From positions 1 to 53,840 of IMG/VR virus record IMGVR_UViG_3300025671_000087: a stretch of 53,840 bases of DNA; one strand, 5' to 3'. The position numbers and the translations under genes are program-made. Below are positions 27,423-37,500 of the stretch, piece after piece (the stretch's first letter is position 1; every line of letters begins with the position of its first letter). Under the pieces are notes generated by a model. That model saw only the letters and a list, made by a program, of their open reading frames with translations, did not search any database and had not been told where the DNA came from. The stretch comes from a virus (lineage: Duplodnaviria; Caudoviricetes).

Positions 27423-27926
27423 ATGACTGAATATCGTGATCGCACAACTGGTGAGCTTAAATCTCAAGGCCAGTTACGCAAAGAAAACCCTAACATGTCT
27501 ATGCCTAAAGTGTGGACAAGTAATGTGTTTGACGCACTGAATGTAGACCCTGTGCTTCGTGCGCCTAAACCTACGGATGGCATTGGTGCATATCAATCAG
27601 TACGCCGCAATGGTGTAGTGCAGGATGCTAATAACAACTGGGTTGAGGCATGGCAGATAGCTGATATGTTTGCTGACACAACTGAGGATGGTGTAACAAC
27701 CACTAAAGCTGAACATGAAGCAGCATATCAAGCACAGCTAGACAGTAGTGCAGCAGAAAGTAACCGCACACAGCGTGACCGCTTGATTGGTGAAACAGAC
27801 TGGTGGGCATCTTCTGATCTCACTATGACTGCTGAACAAACAGCATACCGTCAAGCACTGCGTGACATCACAAGCCACGCTAACTGGCCCCACTTAGATG
27901 AGGCTGACTGGCCTACTAAACCATAG
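27423..27926 (+). CDS. tail fibre assembly chaperone-like protein
   Basis: RDRLIGETDW...YRQALRDIT...WPTKP. Confidence 0.8.
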   Translation: MTEYRDRTTGELKSQGQLRKENPNMSMPKVWTSNVFDALNVDPVLRAPKPTDGIGAYQSVRRNGVVQDANNNWVEAWQIADMFADTTEDGVTTTKAEHEAAYQAQLDSSAAESNRTQRDRLIGETDWWASSDLTMTAEQTAYRQALRDITSHANWPHLDEADWPTKP

Positions 27927-27936
27927 AGTGTAGGTT

Positions 27937-28191
27937 ATGTCTGACATTAAACTTACAGCAGATGAAATAGAAGATATGCTAGATCGTGCAGCTAGACGTG
28001 GGGCAAAGGAAGCTTTACGTTCTATTGGACTGTTAGATGATCAAGCACAAAAAGACATTACCGAAATGCGTAGCTTACTAGAAGCGTGGCGAGATACCCG
28101 TAAAGGTATCTGGACTACAGTAGTAAAAATAACCACTGTCGCCGTACTGACGTTTATTGCAGGCGCAGTATACATGGCAATGGATAAGTAA
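27937..28191 (+). CDS. DUF6127-like small membrane protein
   Basis: AARRGAKEALRSIGL...DITEMRSLLEAWR plus a C-terminal TM segment. Confidence 0.7.
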   Translation: MSDIKLTADEIEDMLDRAARRGAKEALRSIGLLDDQAQKDITEMRSLLEAWRDTRKGIWTTVVKITTVAVLTFIAGAVYMAMDK

Positions 28192-28202
28192 GGACTCAAA
28201 AG

Positions 28203-31200
28203 ATGGCCAGCAATTTAAATAACGTAGAGAAACTACTTGTCAGTTCGCACGGGTTTACAGATAACGGGGACGGTACAGTAACTGCTCCTAGCGGAGCTTT
28301 GTATGATGGCGAACAGGGTGGCTATTACACTGCTACGGGCGCATCACCCGTATTAAATACTGGTCCTGGTAGTGCCATCGAAAACCTTGCAGATTTAACA
28401 TATTTGTCGCAGAATACTGGCGTATCTAGTGCAGTACTAAATGCAGCTTACGAGTCTGTAGGCATTGATTCAAGTGATCCTTTTGCTTTTGGCGAGGCGC
28501 ATAAGCTCCTTAGGAACAATGGGTATAAACCAGGTGAAAATATTGGGTTCTACGGAAGCAATCAAGCAGTTGATGAGGGTGCTAAACTTCTTCAACAACG
28601 TTGGCAAGAAGCTCCTACTGAGGAAGAATTGGCTGAAGCTGGCCTAAGTGGGATGACTGTTATTAACAGTAATACTGCTAACAGTGAGTGGCTTACTAAT
28701 GCTTTGGCGGCTAGTAACATTGATACGAATAAAACAAATGCTATAACTGGCCAAAAAGCTGACTACTCCGATCTAGACGGGCGGTTAAAAGACAACTCTT
28801 ATTGGGGTTCTAAAATTAACGAATTTGGATCCTACGACAATGCTACTCTTGATATGATGGAGTGGGAAGAGTTGAAAAAGAAAATGGAGGAAACTACTCC
28901 TGGGGGTTCTGGCAACAATGCTACAGGTATTGTTACCGGAGGTACTGCAACTGACTCTGGTGCAGGTGGAATTTCTGGTGGGTTTACTGCAGATTCAAAT
29001 ACTCTAGACATTCCAGATTCTGCAGTGTTACCCACATTTACTGGTGGTGTATCTCAAGTAAGTCCTGGTGCTTCTGGTACTTACACAGTACCTGCTCAGA
29101 CTTTTGAAGATAATATTACAAACCAAGTTAAAGACTTTAAAGATAGGGCTGTAGAACAGCAACAGTTTTACCAGCCACAAACTATAGCAGAAAAAGAAGC
29201 TGCAGGTCAGGATGTATCTTCGTATGCATTAAGTCAAAAGCTGTACCGTAATCCTAGTACTGGCCATCAAATATTTATTCCGTTTCAAGGTAGTCAACCA
29301 CTGCAAGCAGTTCCTGCAGGTTACTACGAAGTAAATCAGCAGACGGGTACTATGGGTACTGGTGTCTTTAATCCTATTACAGCTGGTGGTAATACGTTTA
29401 CTGGTGCCAACACTGGCGGGGTAATTCAGGGTTATTCTGGAGAAGATGGCTCAGTAGTTTCTCCTAATCCGAATCCCATTGATCCTAATCAAATCTACGG
29501 TGATGTAAGTTTTACTGACCCTGTAACTGGCCAAGTAATTACACAAACTCCTGAAGAATATTTTCAGTCTCTAGCTAACAAACAAGCACAAGCTACGTTT
29601 AACCCTGCTACCTCTGTAGCAATGCCTGGTGTATCTACTATGGCAGAGCTAGGTTATGAATACAATGCTGATGGTACAGTTAAGTTAGACCCAGCTACTG
29701 GTCAACCTATGACAAAAGAGTTAATGCCTGGGACTGTCTTAGAGTCTACTGCAGGTCAAGCTCAAGCACTGGCCCCTGTGATTGGTAAAAGGCAAGCTAC
29801 AGATGCTTCAGGTAATCTTATGTTCGATACTGCAGGTCAACCTATTATGGTTGGTGCAGACCCTGCACAAGTAGGTCAAGTAGTTCAAGCTAAAGGTCCA
29901 GGAACCCCTGCAATGTATGACGAAGCAGGTAACCTTCTTTCAGAAGCAGTGGACATTCCTGGAGCAGCTCAAGTAGGTCTAACTACTGCAGCACCTGGAA
30001 TAGCTACACAGCTTCAAGGTGGTACTACAACTAACTACCAGGGTATGGCCGATGCTGTAGCAGGAGCTAACTGGGATGTTACGACTGGTACATTTAATAT
30101 GAACGGTCAGACATTTACTCCAGATCAGTTTATTGCAGCTAATAACTTAAATATTGGTGATTACTTAACCACTACTGGTGGTCTACAAGCTGCTCAGTTA
30201 TCTGACCTAACTCAAACAATTACAGGTCAAACAGATTATACTTCCTCAGTATCGGATCTTACAGCTGAAACAGGTTCATCCCAGACTGTAGCTGATGTCG
30301 CAGGTGAAGCCGGTCTACCCACTCGTACACTGCAGACAGGTCCAAATGGAGAGGTTATTACGGGTACTGGTGTAGACCAAGCTGCAGTTCAACAGGCCTT
30401 TGGTACTGGTGAAGTAGCTGCTGCATCTGTTCAAGATGAACTAGCAGGTCTTATGGCTCAATTCGAAGGTGGTGATACACCTGCATGGGCTGCAGGATCA
30501 ATGCGTAAAGCATCTCAAATGCTTGCAGCTAGAGGTCTTGGTGCTTCGTCTATGGCAGGTCAAGCAGTTATTCAAGCTGCTATGGAAGCTGCTCTACCTA
30601 TTGCTCAGATTGATGCTGGTAACAAACAGCAGATGGCTCTATTTAAAGCAGAGCAAAGAGCTAAGTTCTTAGGTCAAGAGTTTGATCAAGCCTTCCAAGC
30701 TAAAGTACAAAATGCAGCCAGAGTTTCTGAGATTGCTAATATGAACTTTAGTGCAGAGCAACAAATTGCTTTGGAAAACTCTCGTGCTGCAAACACTATG
30801 GATTTGCAAAACTTGAGCAACAAGCAAGCCCTCGTTATGTCTGAAGCTGCTGCACTATCTCAACTTGAGATGGCCAGCCTAAATAACCTACAACAAGCTC
30901 AAGTACAAAATGCGCAGAACTTCTTGCAGCTTGACATGGCTAACCTTAGCAACAATCAATCTACTGCACTGTTTAAAGCACAGCAAGTTAGCAATGCAAT
31001 GCTCAGTGATGCAGCTCAGGCTAATGCCTCTGCACAATTTAATGCCACAAGTACAAACCAAACTAACCAGTTCTTCTCAAACCTTGCAGCTCAAGTATCA
31101 CAGTTCAATGCAGCACAACAAAATGCTATTACTCAGTTTAATGCTGAAGAAGCTAATGCAATTCTTGAATTTAACTCTGCACTGCAAAACCAACGTGAGA

Positions 31201-31583
31201 TGTTTAATGCTCAAAACTACCTAGCAGTGGCTCAGGCTAATGCTCAGTGGAGACAGAACATCAACACTTCAAACACAGAAGCACAGAACATTGCTAGCCT
31301 CACCTATGCTAAAGAGGTAAATGGACTTACCCAAAAAGCTATAGATGACTACTGGCAAAAAGAAAGAGATATTATGTCCTATGCCTTTGCACAGTCTGAA
31401 GGTGCTGCTGATAGAGCACTCAAGATCCTTCTTGGTGAACAAAGCTTAACATCAATTAGAGAGCAGCTAGAGTTTAAAGAAGAAGAAAATAAAGCTGAGT
31501 TCTGGTCAGATCTGTTGTTTGGTGATCAAGGCTTTAGTGACGTCTTTAAAATGAAAGCTAAAAAAGAAGAAGAAGGAGCTTGA
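28203..31583 (+). CDS. internal virion (ejection) protein
   Basis: Gly/Thr-rich N-terminal part; ARGLGASSMAG and Gln/Asn/Ala-rich QFNA repeats. Confidence 0.7.
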   Translation: MASNLNNVEKLLVSSHGFTDNGDGTVTAPSGALYDGEQGGYYTATGASPVLNTGPGSAIENLADLTYLSQNTGVSSAVLNAAYESVGIDSSDPFAFGEAHKLLRNNGYKPGENIGFYGSNQAVDEGAKLLQQRWQEAPTEEELAEAGLSGMTVINSNTANSEWLTNALAASNIDTNKTNAITGQKADYSDLDGRLKDNSYWGSKINEFGSYDNATLDMMEWEELKKKMEETTPGGSGNNATGIVTGGTATDSGAGGISGGFTADSNTLDIPDSAVLPTFTGGVSQVSPGASGTYTVPAQTFEDNITNQVKDFKDRAVEQQQFYQPQTIAEKEAAGQDVSSYALSQKLYRNPSTGHQIFIPFQGSQPLQAVPAGYYEVNQQTGTMGTGVFNPITAGGNTFTGANTGGVIQGYSGEDGSVVSPNPNPIDPNQIYGDVSFTDPVTGQVITQTPEEYFQSLANKQAQATFNPATSVAMPGVSTMAELGYEYNADGTVKLDPATGQPMTKELMPGTVLESTAGQAQALAPVIGKRQATDASGNLMFDTAGQPIMVGADPAQVGQVVQAKGPGTPAMYDEAGNLLSEAVDIPGAAQVGLTTAAPGIATQLQGGTTTNYQGMADAVAGANWDVTTGTFNMNGQTFTPDQFIAANNLNIGDYLTTTGGLQAAQLSDLTQTITGQTDYTSSVSDLTAETGSSQTVADVAGEAGLPTRTLQTGPNGEVITGTGVDQAAVQQAFGTGEVAAASVQDELAGLMAQFEGGDTPAWAAGSMRKASQMLAARGLGASSMAGQAVIQAAMEAALPIAQIDAGNKQQMALFKAEQRAKFLGQEFDQAFQAKVQNAARVSEIANMNFSAEQQIALENSRAANTMDLQNLSNKQALVMSEAAALSQLEMASLNNLQQAQVQNAQNFLQLDMANLSNNQSTALFKAQQVSNAMLSDAAQANASAQFNATSTNQTNQFFSNLAAQVSQFNAAQQNAITQFNAEEANAILEFNSALQNQREMFNAQNYLAVAQANAQWRQNINTSNTEAQNIASLTYAKEVNGLTQKAIDDYWQKERDIMSYAFAQSEGAADRALKILLGEQSLTSIREQLEFKEEENKAEFWSDLLFGDQGFSDVFKMKAKKEEEGA

Positions 31584-32449
31584 TCATGGCTTATAATGTA
31601 CCTTATCTCAAATACCTTCAAAATTTACGAGAGTCTCCTAACAAGTACTCAGCTTTACAAGCATCTCCTGCGAGGGGGATTCTTAGTAAGCCTATGAAGG
31701 CAAACCTAGAGGTTTATGATGATGACCCTCTTGAAGTGCAGAGAGATCTTATCCAAAGAATTAAAATGGACGATGAGACAAAGTATAGTATGATGGATGA
31801 TATGAATACTTCCAGAGCACTTACAGATGAAGCTGGTAATCCTGTTACCCTTCAAGAAGCTCTTGATGCAGAGGAGGCTGAGACAGTAAGTCCTCCTTCA
31901 GGTGGTCTGATGTCTCCTGCAGAAGCAGAGGCAGCTCCTGAAGTAGATCCTACACCCCCAGGTTCTTACACAGATGATGCAGAACTTGGAGCCTACTCCA
32001 ACACCATTGCTATCTTGCAAGATGACACTGAGTTTATGACTCAATTAGCTAGTATGACTGAGAAGTACCCAGGACTTACAGAACGTGAGATCTTTCTAGT
32101 TGCTGCCAAAGAAAGTAGTGTAGGAACTAACATGGGTTCTGCAGGTAATATGTTTCAGATCCTAGGTACACCAGCCCAAGAAGCTGGAATTGACTTGAAG
32201 AAACTTAATAAATCTGGTAATATGACGGATCATCTAAAGGCACTAGAAAAGTACCTGGATCGTTGGGACTACGATGGTAGTGCACCACTAGGACTTCTTG
32301 TTGCTGCACCTGGTTACAGAGATGCTGCACCCGATACTGTCGTTTATGAAAAGGGTAGCAAACAACTTAAGAAAAATCCTGGTTGGGCAGGAGCAGATGG
32401 TAATGCCACAGTGGCAAGCATCACAGAATTTTATAGGGGCCAAGAATAA
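31580..32449 (+). CDS. internal virion protein with putative lysozyme/transglycosylase-like C-terminal domain
   Basis: AAKESS (candidate catalytic Glu), MFQI, EKYL; start may be the ATG at 31586. Confidence 0.55.
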   Translation: MIMAYNVPYLKYLQNLRESPNKYSALQASPARGILSKPMKANLEVYDDDPLEVQRDLIQRIKMDDETKYSMMDDMNTSRALTDEAGNPVTLQEALDAEEAETVSPPSGGLMSPAEAEAAPEVDPTPPGSYTDDAELGAYSNTIAILQDDTEFMTQLASMTEKYPGLTEREIFLVAAKESSVGTNMGSAGNMFQILGTPAQEAGIDLKKLNKSGNMTDHLKALEKYLDRWDYDGSAPLGLLVAAPGYRDAAPDTVVYEKGSKQLKKNPGWAGADGNATVASITEFYRGQE

Positions 32450-33033
32450 TGATTTTTGACAGAGTACAACCAGGGTTCTCCCTAACTCAAGAGCCAAAAG
32501 GTGCTCCTTTTGAGAATCCACCGGACATTACAGACCCCGAAGAAGCAGCAATGTATCACCTAGATAAGATGAACAATGCAGATGCTTTCGAAGATATTAG
32601 CTATTTTTTGGAAAAAGGTATTGATATTCCTACTTTGGTCCAGGGTATACTTCGCAATGCTGTGTTCCAAGGTGTGCATAGTATTGATGTAAGTCTTATT
32701 GTTGCTCCCACACTGCACGAATTTATCAAAGATATTGGGGATATAACGGGGGTAGACTACGATGAGGGTATTAGTAATGACGGGGATAGAGCTGTTATTC
32801 GTTACCAACGTAACGTAGCTCGTGCAGAAAAGATGCTTAAAAAACTTGGTGTAAGTGCTGAGAGAACCATGTCTGGTGAAGAGACAGAAGAAGACGATGA
32901 CATGAAAAATCAGATGGAAGCTATGATAGTAGCTGACGCAGAGGAAAAACCTATGGAAGGGGTTGCTCCAGAAGAGACTGCAGAGGCACCGATGGAAGAG
33001 CTAAAAGGTTTAATGGCTAGGAGTGCAGGATAA
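32449..33033 (+). CDS. virion-associated protein
   Basis: PGFSLT.EP...PFENPP N-terminus; acidic tail. Confidence 0.7.
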   Translation: MIFDRVQPGFSLTQEPKGAPFENPPDITDPEEAAMYHLDKMNNADAFEDISYFLEKGIDIPTLVQGILRNAVFQGVHSIDVSLIVAPTLHEFIKDIGDITGVDYDEGISNDGDRAVIRYQRNVARAEKMLKKLGVSAERTMSGEETEEDDDMKNQMEAMIVADAEEKPMEGVAPEETAEAPMEELKGLMARSAG

Positions 33034-34541
33034 TGGCATTAGGATTTTACTCAGGTCTAAAAAACCGTGAAGACAGAATCAGAACAAGGAAAGAACTTTT
33101 AGCTGATAAAAAAGCTGCTAATGAGCAATGGAATGCACGTTTTAAACTGCAGAATGAAGAGGCTAATAAGACTTGGTTAGAACGTAATACTATTACTTAC
33201 GGCCAGCAGATGTCTGCTGCTGAAAAAGCTGCTGCAGCTGCTGCTGCTGCTAGAGAAGAGAGCCGTGCATTTGAACTTGATGTGTTAGCACTGAAGAGGG
33301 CTTACGAGCTAGACGATCAGGCTGCAGCTCAAGAGTGGTGGAAAGATCAACAAGTTATTCTTAACAAGTTTGCCGAGCAAAAAGCAGTTAATGCAGAGGG
33401 TAGGTTACAGGCTTGGGATCAGACAAAGTTTGAACGAGATAGAAAAGCAAGACAAGAAGATCTAAGATCAGAGATCGGACTTAGAACTTCTGCTGCAAAT
33501 AGTCAATTTGATTACCAGTATACTATTAAGACAGAGGCAGCTAAATCTGCTGCTATTGCTGCTCATGCAAATGAAATGCAGAAACTCCTCTTTGAAAGAG
33601 TTACGGGCGGCGATTTTGTCGGTGCAGACTTCACTGCTGCTGTAGGTAGTACTAGTGACCCTATGGCTCAGATTGCACAGTATTCGGCAGGTATTATTGC
33701 CCTAGGTGTAGAGAAAGATAACAAAGTTCTTGCTAACCTTGCAGGTTTAAACAACCCAGCTGTTATGAAGTCTGTGTTCGAGACACTTCAAAAGTACCAT
33801 ACAAAACTTGTAGAATCTGGTCGTACAGAAGATGGGCAAACTTTAGATCCAAATGCTATTGATATGTTTAGAGACGGAGCTAACAGTTATTTAAGTTCCA
33901 TTGAAATTACAAGTCCTGATCCATCTCAAGCTGAAGCTATCATTAAACAGATGGAAAGCATGGAAGGTGCAAGACCTTTAGACGACCTTACTAAATCTAT
34001 TATTAGGATTTATGCTAATAAAGGATCTGGTTTTGCAGTAATTGAACCTACAGTTATTGAGCCTTTAGATACATCTAAACTTGGTGACTGGACAAAAATT
34101 ATAACTCAGAATTCAGTTGCAAGAGGTAGGAGTGAGCAGAATAACATCTCTAAAGCTTTGACATCAGTAAATGAAATGTCTAAAACAGGCACTCCTGATC
34201 AACAAGCAATGGCAAAAGAATTAATGGAATGGCTGGGCACCAGGAGTCTTGCTGTTACAGAGGCTTTAGATAGTGCTAGAGGTGATAATCCAGATTACTA
34301 TGGTGTAACCTCCTTGTACGGAAACAATGTTATTGGGGAGGCAATGGAGGCAGAGCCTAAGTTGAGAACTGCGGTTCTACCCGATTATATAAAAGAGGCT
34401 AAGGATGCAGCCCCTATCGTAGTTCCTAATGTTTCTGTGCTTAGGTCTCTTATTGAATATGGAATTATCAAAGTAGGTGATGTTGTAACTTATACTAGAG
34501 ACGATGGTCAAACCGTGACAGGTCCATACAAAGGAAAATAA
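33033..34541 (+). CDS. internal virion protein
   Basis: Helical N-terminal half; located in the ejection-protein block. Confidence 0.6.
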   Translation: MALGFYSGLKNREDRIRTRKELLADKKAANEQWNARFKLQNEEANKTWLERNTITYGQQMSAAEKAAAAAAAAREESRAFELDVLALKRAYELDDQAAAQEWWKDQQVILNKFAEQKAVNAEGRLQAWDQTKFERDRKARQEDLRSEIGLRTSAANSQFDYQYTIKTEAAKSAAIAAHANEMQKLLFERVTGGDFVGADFTAAVGSTSDPMAQIAQYSAGIIALGVEKDNKVLANLAGLNNPAVMKSVFETLQKYHTKLVESGRTEDGQTLDPNAIDMFRDGANSYLSSIEITSPDPSQAEAIIKQMESMEGARPLDDLTKSIIRIYANKGSGFAVIEPTVIEPLDTSKLGDWTKIITQNSVARGRSEQNNISKALTSVNEMSKTGTPDQQAMAKELMEWLGTRSLAVTEALDSARGDNPDYYGVTSLYGNNVIGEAMEAEPKLRTAVLPDYIKEAKDAAPIVVPNVSVLRSLIEYGIIKVGDVVTYTRDDGQTVTGPYKGK

Positions 34542-34542
34542 T

Positions 34543-37500
34543 ATGGCAGATGGATTTACTCTAGCTGATCTAGAGAAAGATGTTGTCGTACCTGATGTAG
34601 AGCCTATCATAACTACTCTGGAAACAACAACAGAGCCTACATCAGAGGTGCCTGAACTTACACCAGAAGTTCCTGTATCAGAACAACCTACAGTAGAAGT
34701 ACCCACTGAAGGGGAGCCTACATCTGAAGGGTTTACTCTGGGTGACTTATACCCTCAAACAGGTGTATCTGAGACACCAGTGCAGCAAGCACAAGATTTA
34801 AGCTCTCCATTTACACTAAAAGATCTTCAAGTTCCATTTGGAGGTTTTACCCTAGAGGCAGAAGATCGTTTTTTAAACGTATACGATATTTTTGATAAGT
34901 ACGACAATAAGCCTCTAACTAAAGAAGACATCATTGCTGATCCAGACCTTATGGAGATTGTGTACCAATCTTTAGAGGCAAGATTTCCCGAATCAACAAC
35001 CTTCGGTAAAGTTACTAAAAGTGTTGCAGGTGTGATGGGGGGTGCTACTGGCGGTTCTGCTCTAATGAACCGTAACTACAGGGCGATGGAGCCAGAAAAA
35101 GCATTTGAGATCTACCAAAATTATCAAAGAACTTTTGATGCTGCACAATCAGTTACTGTTGCTAATGAGATTACTTATACCCTGGGGGCAGACGACGAAA
35201 CTAAAAGACGCCTTGCTGGAGGGTACTTACTTTTTAACCAGATGGGTAATATCTTTACTGGTGAAGGTAGTTGGCCAGAGATGTTCGATGGTATCGTAGA
35301 CTACACCTCAGCTGCGGTATGGGATCCTGTAACTATCTTGTCGTTTGGTATAGGTAAAGTTTTAACTGCAGGGGGTACAAAAGCTACAGGTGCTGCACTT
35401 CAAAAAATGCTGACTGCAGCCTATACAGATGCTATTGAAAAAGGTGCTACAAAGAAAGCTGCAACTATTGCTATAAGCAATGCTATGGCAAAGGCTATGC
35501 CAATGGCTACGGTAGACGGTGCATTTGCACTTGGGCAAGACTTTGGTAGACAGATGCAGCTGATAGAAGTTGGTGCACAGGACGAGTACAGCAAGGCTGA
35601 AGGTGCTCTTACTGCTGCAGGATCTATGCTCTTTCCCGTAGTTGCAGGTGGATCAGCACTGTTTAAGGAAGCTAGAAGGTCTCCCTTTGCAAAGAATACT
35701 ATTCTTTCGTATCAAAACATCGACAAGATGATTAAGAAACATGGTCCAGATGAAGCTTGGAAAAAGCTTGGTCAGGCACTGGACAAGAACGGCTTGTTTC
35801 AATCTCTTGATGAACAGTTTGGTACGTTATCTGCTAGAGGTAAGATTAACTTCTTACCTTGGGAACAAGCTAAAGATGAAGCTGATAGGTTAATTGCTTC
35901 TAGGGGTGAAAAGAGAAGAGACCTTGCAGCCACTAATGCATTCTCTAAATTCTTTTGGTTTGGTGATCCAGAAAATGGAGTTAAAGGTTATTTTGAAGCT
36001 CTAAATGATGCTGGGTTTGTGATGCATCCAGAGATCATAAAGAAGTACAAGACAACTGGTGCCTTTGCAAGGACTATACGTTTTATTAATCCGTCTAAAC
36101 TTGATAAGATGGTTAAAACCTGGGAAGAAGAAACTGGTTACGTACTCGATGGTGTACGTACAGAAAAAGGTAAAGTCTCCCCTGCTATGATGGAAGCTGT
36201 AATGAAAAACAGCACTAGTTTGGCGGGTGAAAATCTGTGGATTGCATCTGAGCTGTCTAGATTGCAAAAGGCAGGTGTTAGTAACAAAGGTATGCTTGAG
36301 TTGTACAAGAGGATACAACCTTCGGAAGGTCCACAACACAATCAAGCTGCACTGTCTTTGTATAAACGACTAATTACCTCTCACCTATCTACTACTGGTG
36401 CTAACCTTCAAGGCTTTAAAACACTTGTATCTCTTAATACTGCTGCAGACTTTGTTGCCGGTGCTATAGATCTGTCTCGTGGTGCTATTGCAAAAGGTCT
36501 TGGTAACGAAGAGGCTGCAGTAAATTTTTACAACAGAGCCTATGGAGAGTGGGGTGGATCATTCCGCAGAGTTGCTGATGCATTGTCCCCAGATATCCCT
36601 ATTGAATATGCTGATGCTGTTCTTGCAATGAACCCTAAGATTGCAGAAAAGTTATTTAGAGATATTGCAGGTGACGGTGGTGTTACTGATTCTTTAGAGA
36701 TGTTTAATCTTGATGGAGCTTCTTACAAGAAACGACTTAAGGATGCTGGACCTGTAAGAACAGCTATAGGAAAGACTGAAGAGTTTCTTTGGAAGGGTGC
36801 TGATGCATACACAAAGGGTGTGCAAACACTAACATTAGCCAGGCTTCAGGATAACCTTACTAAACGTTTTGCTTTCGGTACAAACCTTAACCAGGGTATT
36901 ATGAAGAAGTATGGAGTAACTCCAGAGGAGTTCTTCTCCAATCCTGATGTAGAGTTTACTATGGCTAAACCAGAGTTCCGTGAGATCATGGAGCAAGCTG
37001 CTTACCGTACTATGAGGGAAACTGCCTCTGTAAACTGGTCTACCTTACCTGCTACAAACTTTATGAGAAAGTCTGCAAGGTTTATCGAAACAGTTACCAA
37101 CCGTTCTATGGGTGGTTATGTTGTACCTTTCGGGAGCTTCTTGAACACAACTATAGCAACTGCTGGAGATCTTAGTGGGGTAAACTACTTAAGATATGTT
37201 ACAGCTAAAACTATCGGTAAACAGATTGATCCTGTAACTGATGATGGTGTAGAACTATTTTCTAAAATGGTTGTAGGTTGGGGTGCAGTTAGCTACGGTG
37301 TTGGTGGTCAAATAGGATTTGAAACTGAAACTGGTGATAGTGCTGTCGAAAGAATAGAAAGTGGCCTGAGTTGGAAGCAAGATAGGCAGGACGATGGTAC
37401 GGTCAGGAACCGTGAGTTTGAATGGCCTATATCTCTGATAAGAGCTAGTAGCCAGGCCATTGCTCATGGTATGATTGAGACTGGTGAGATGGACATGTCT

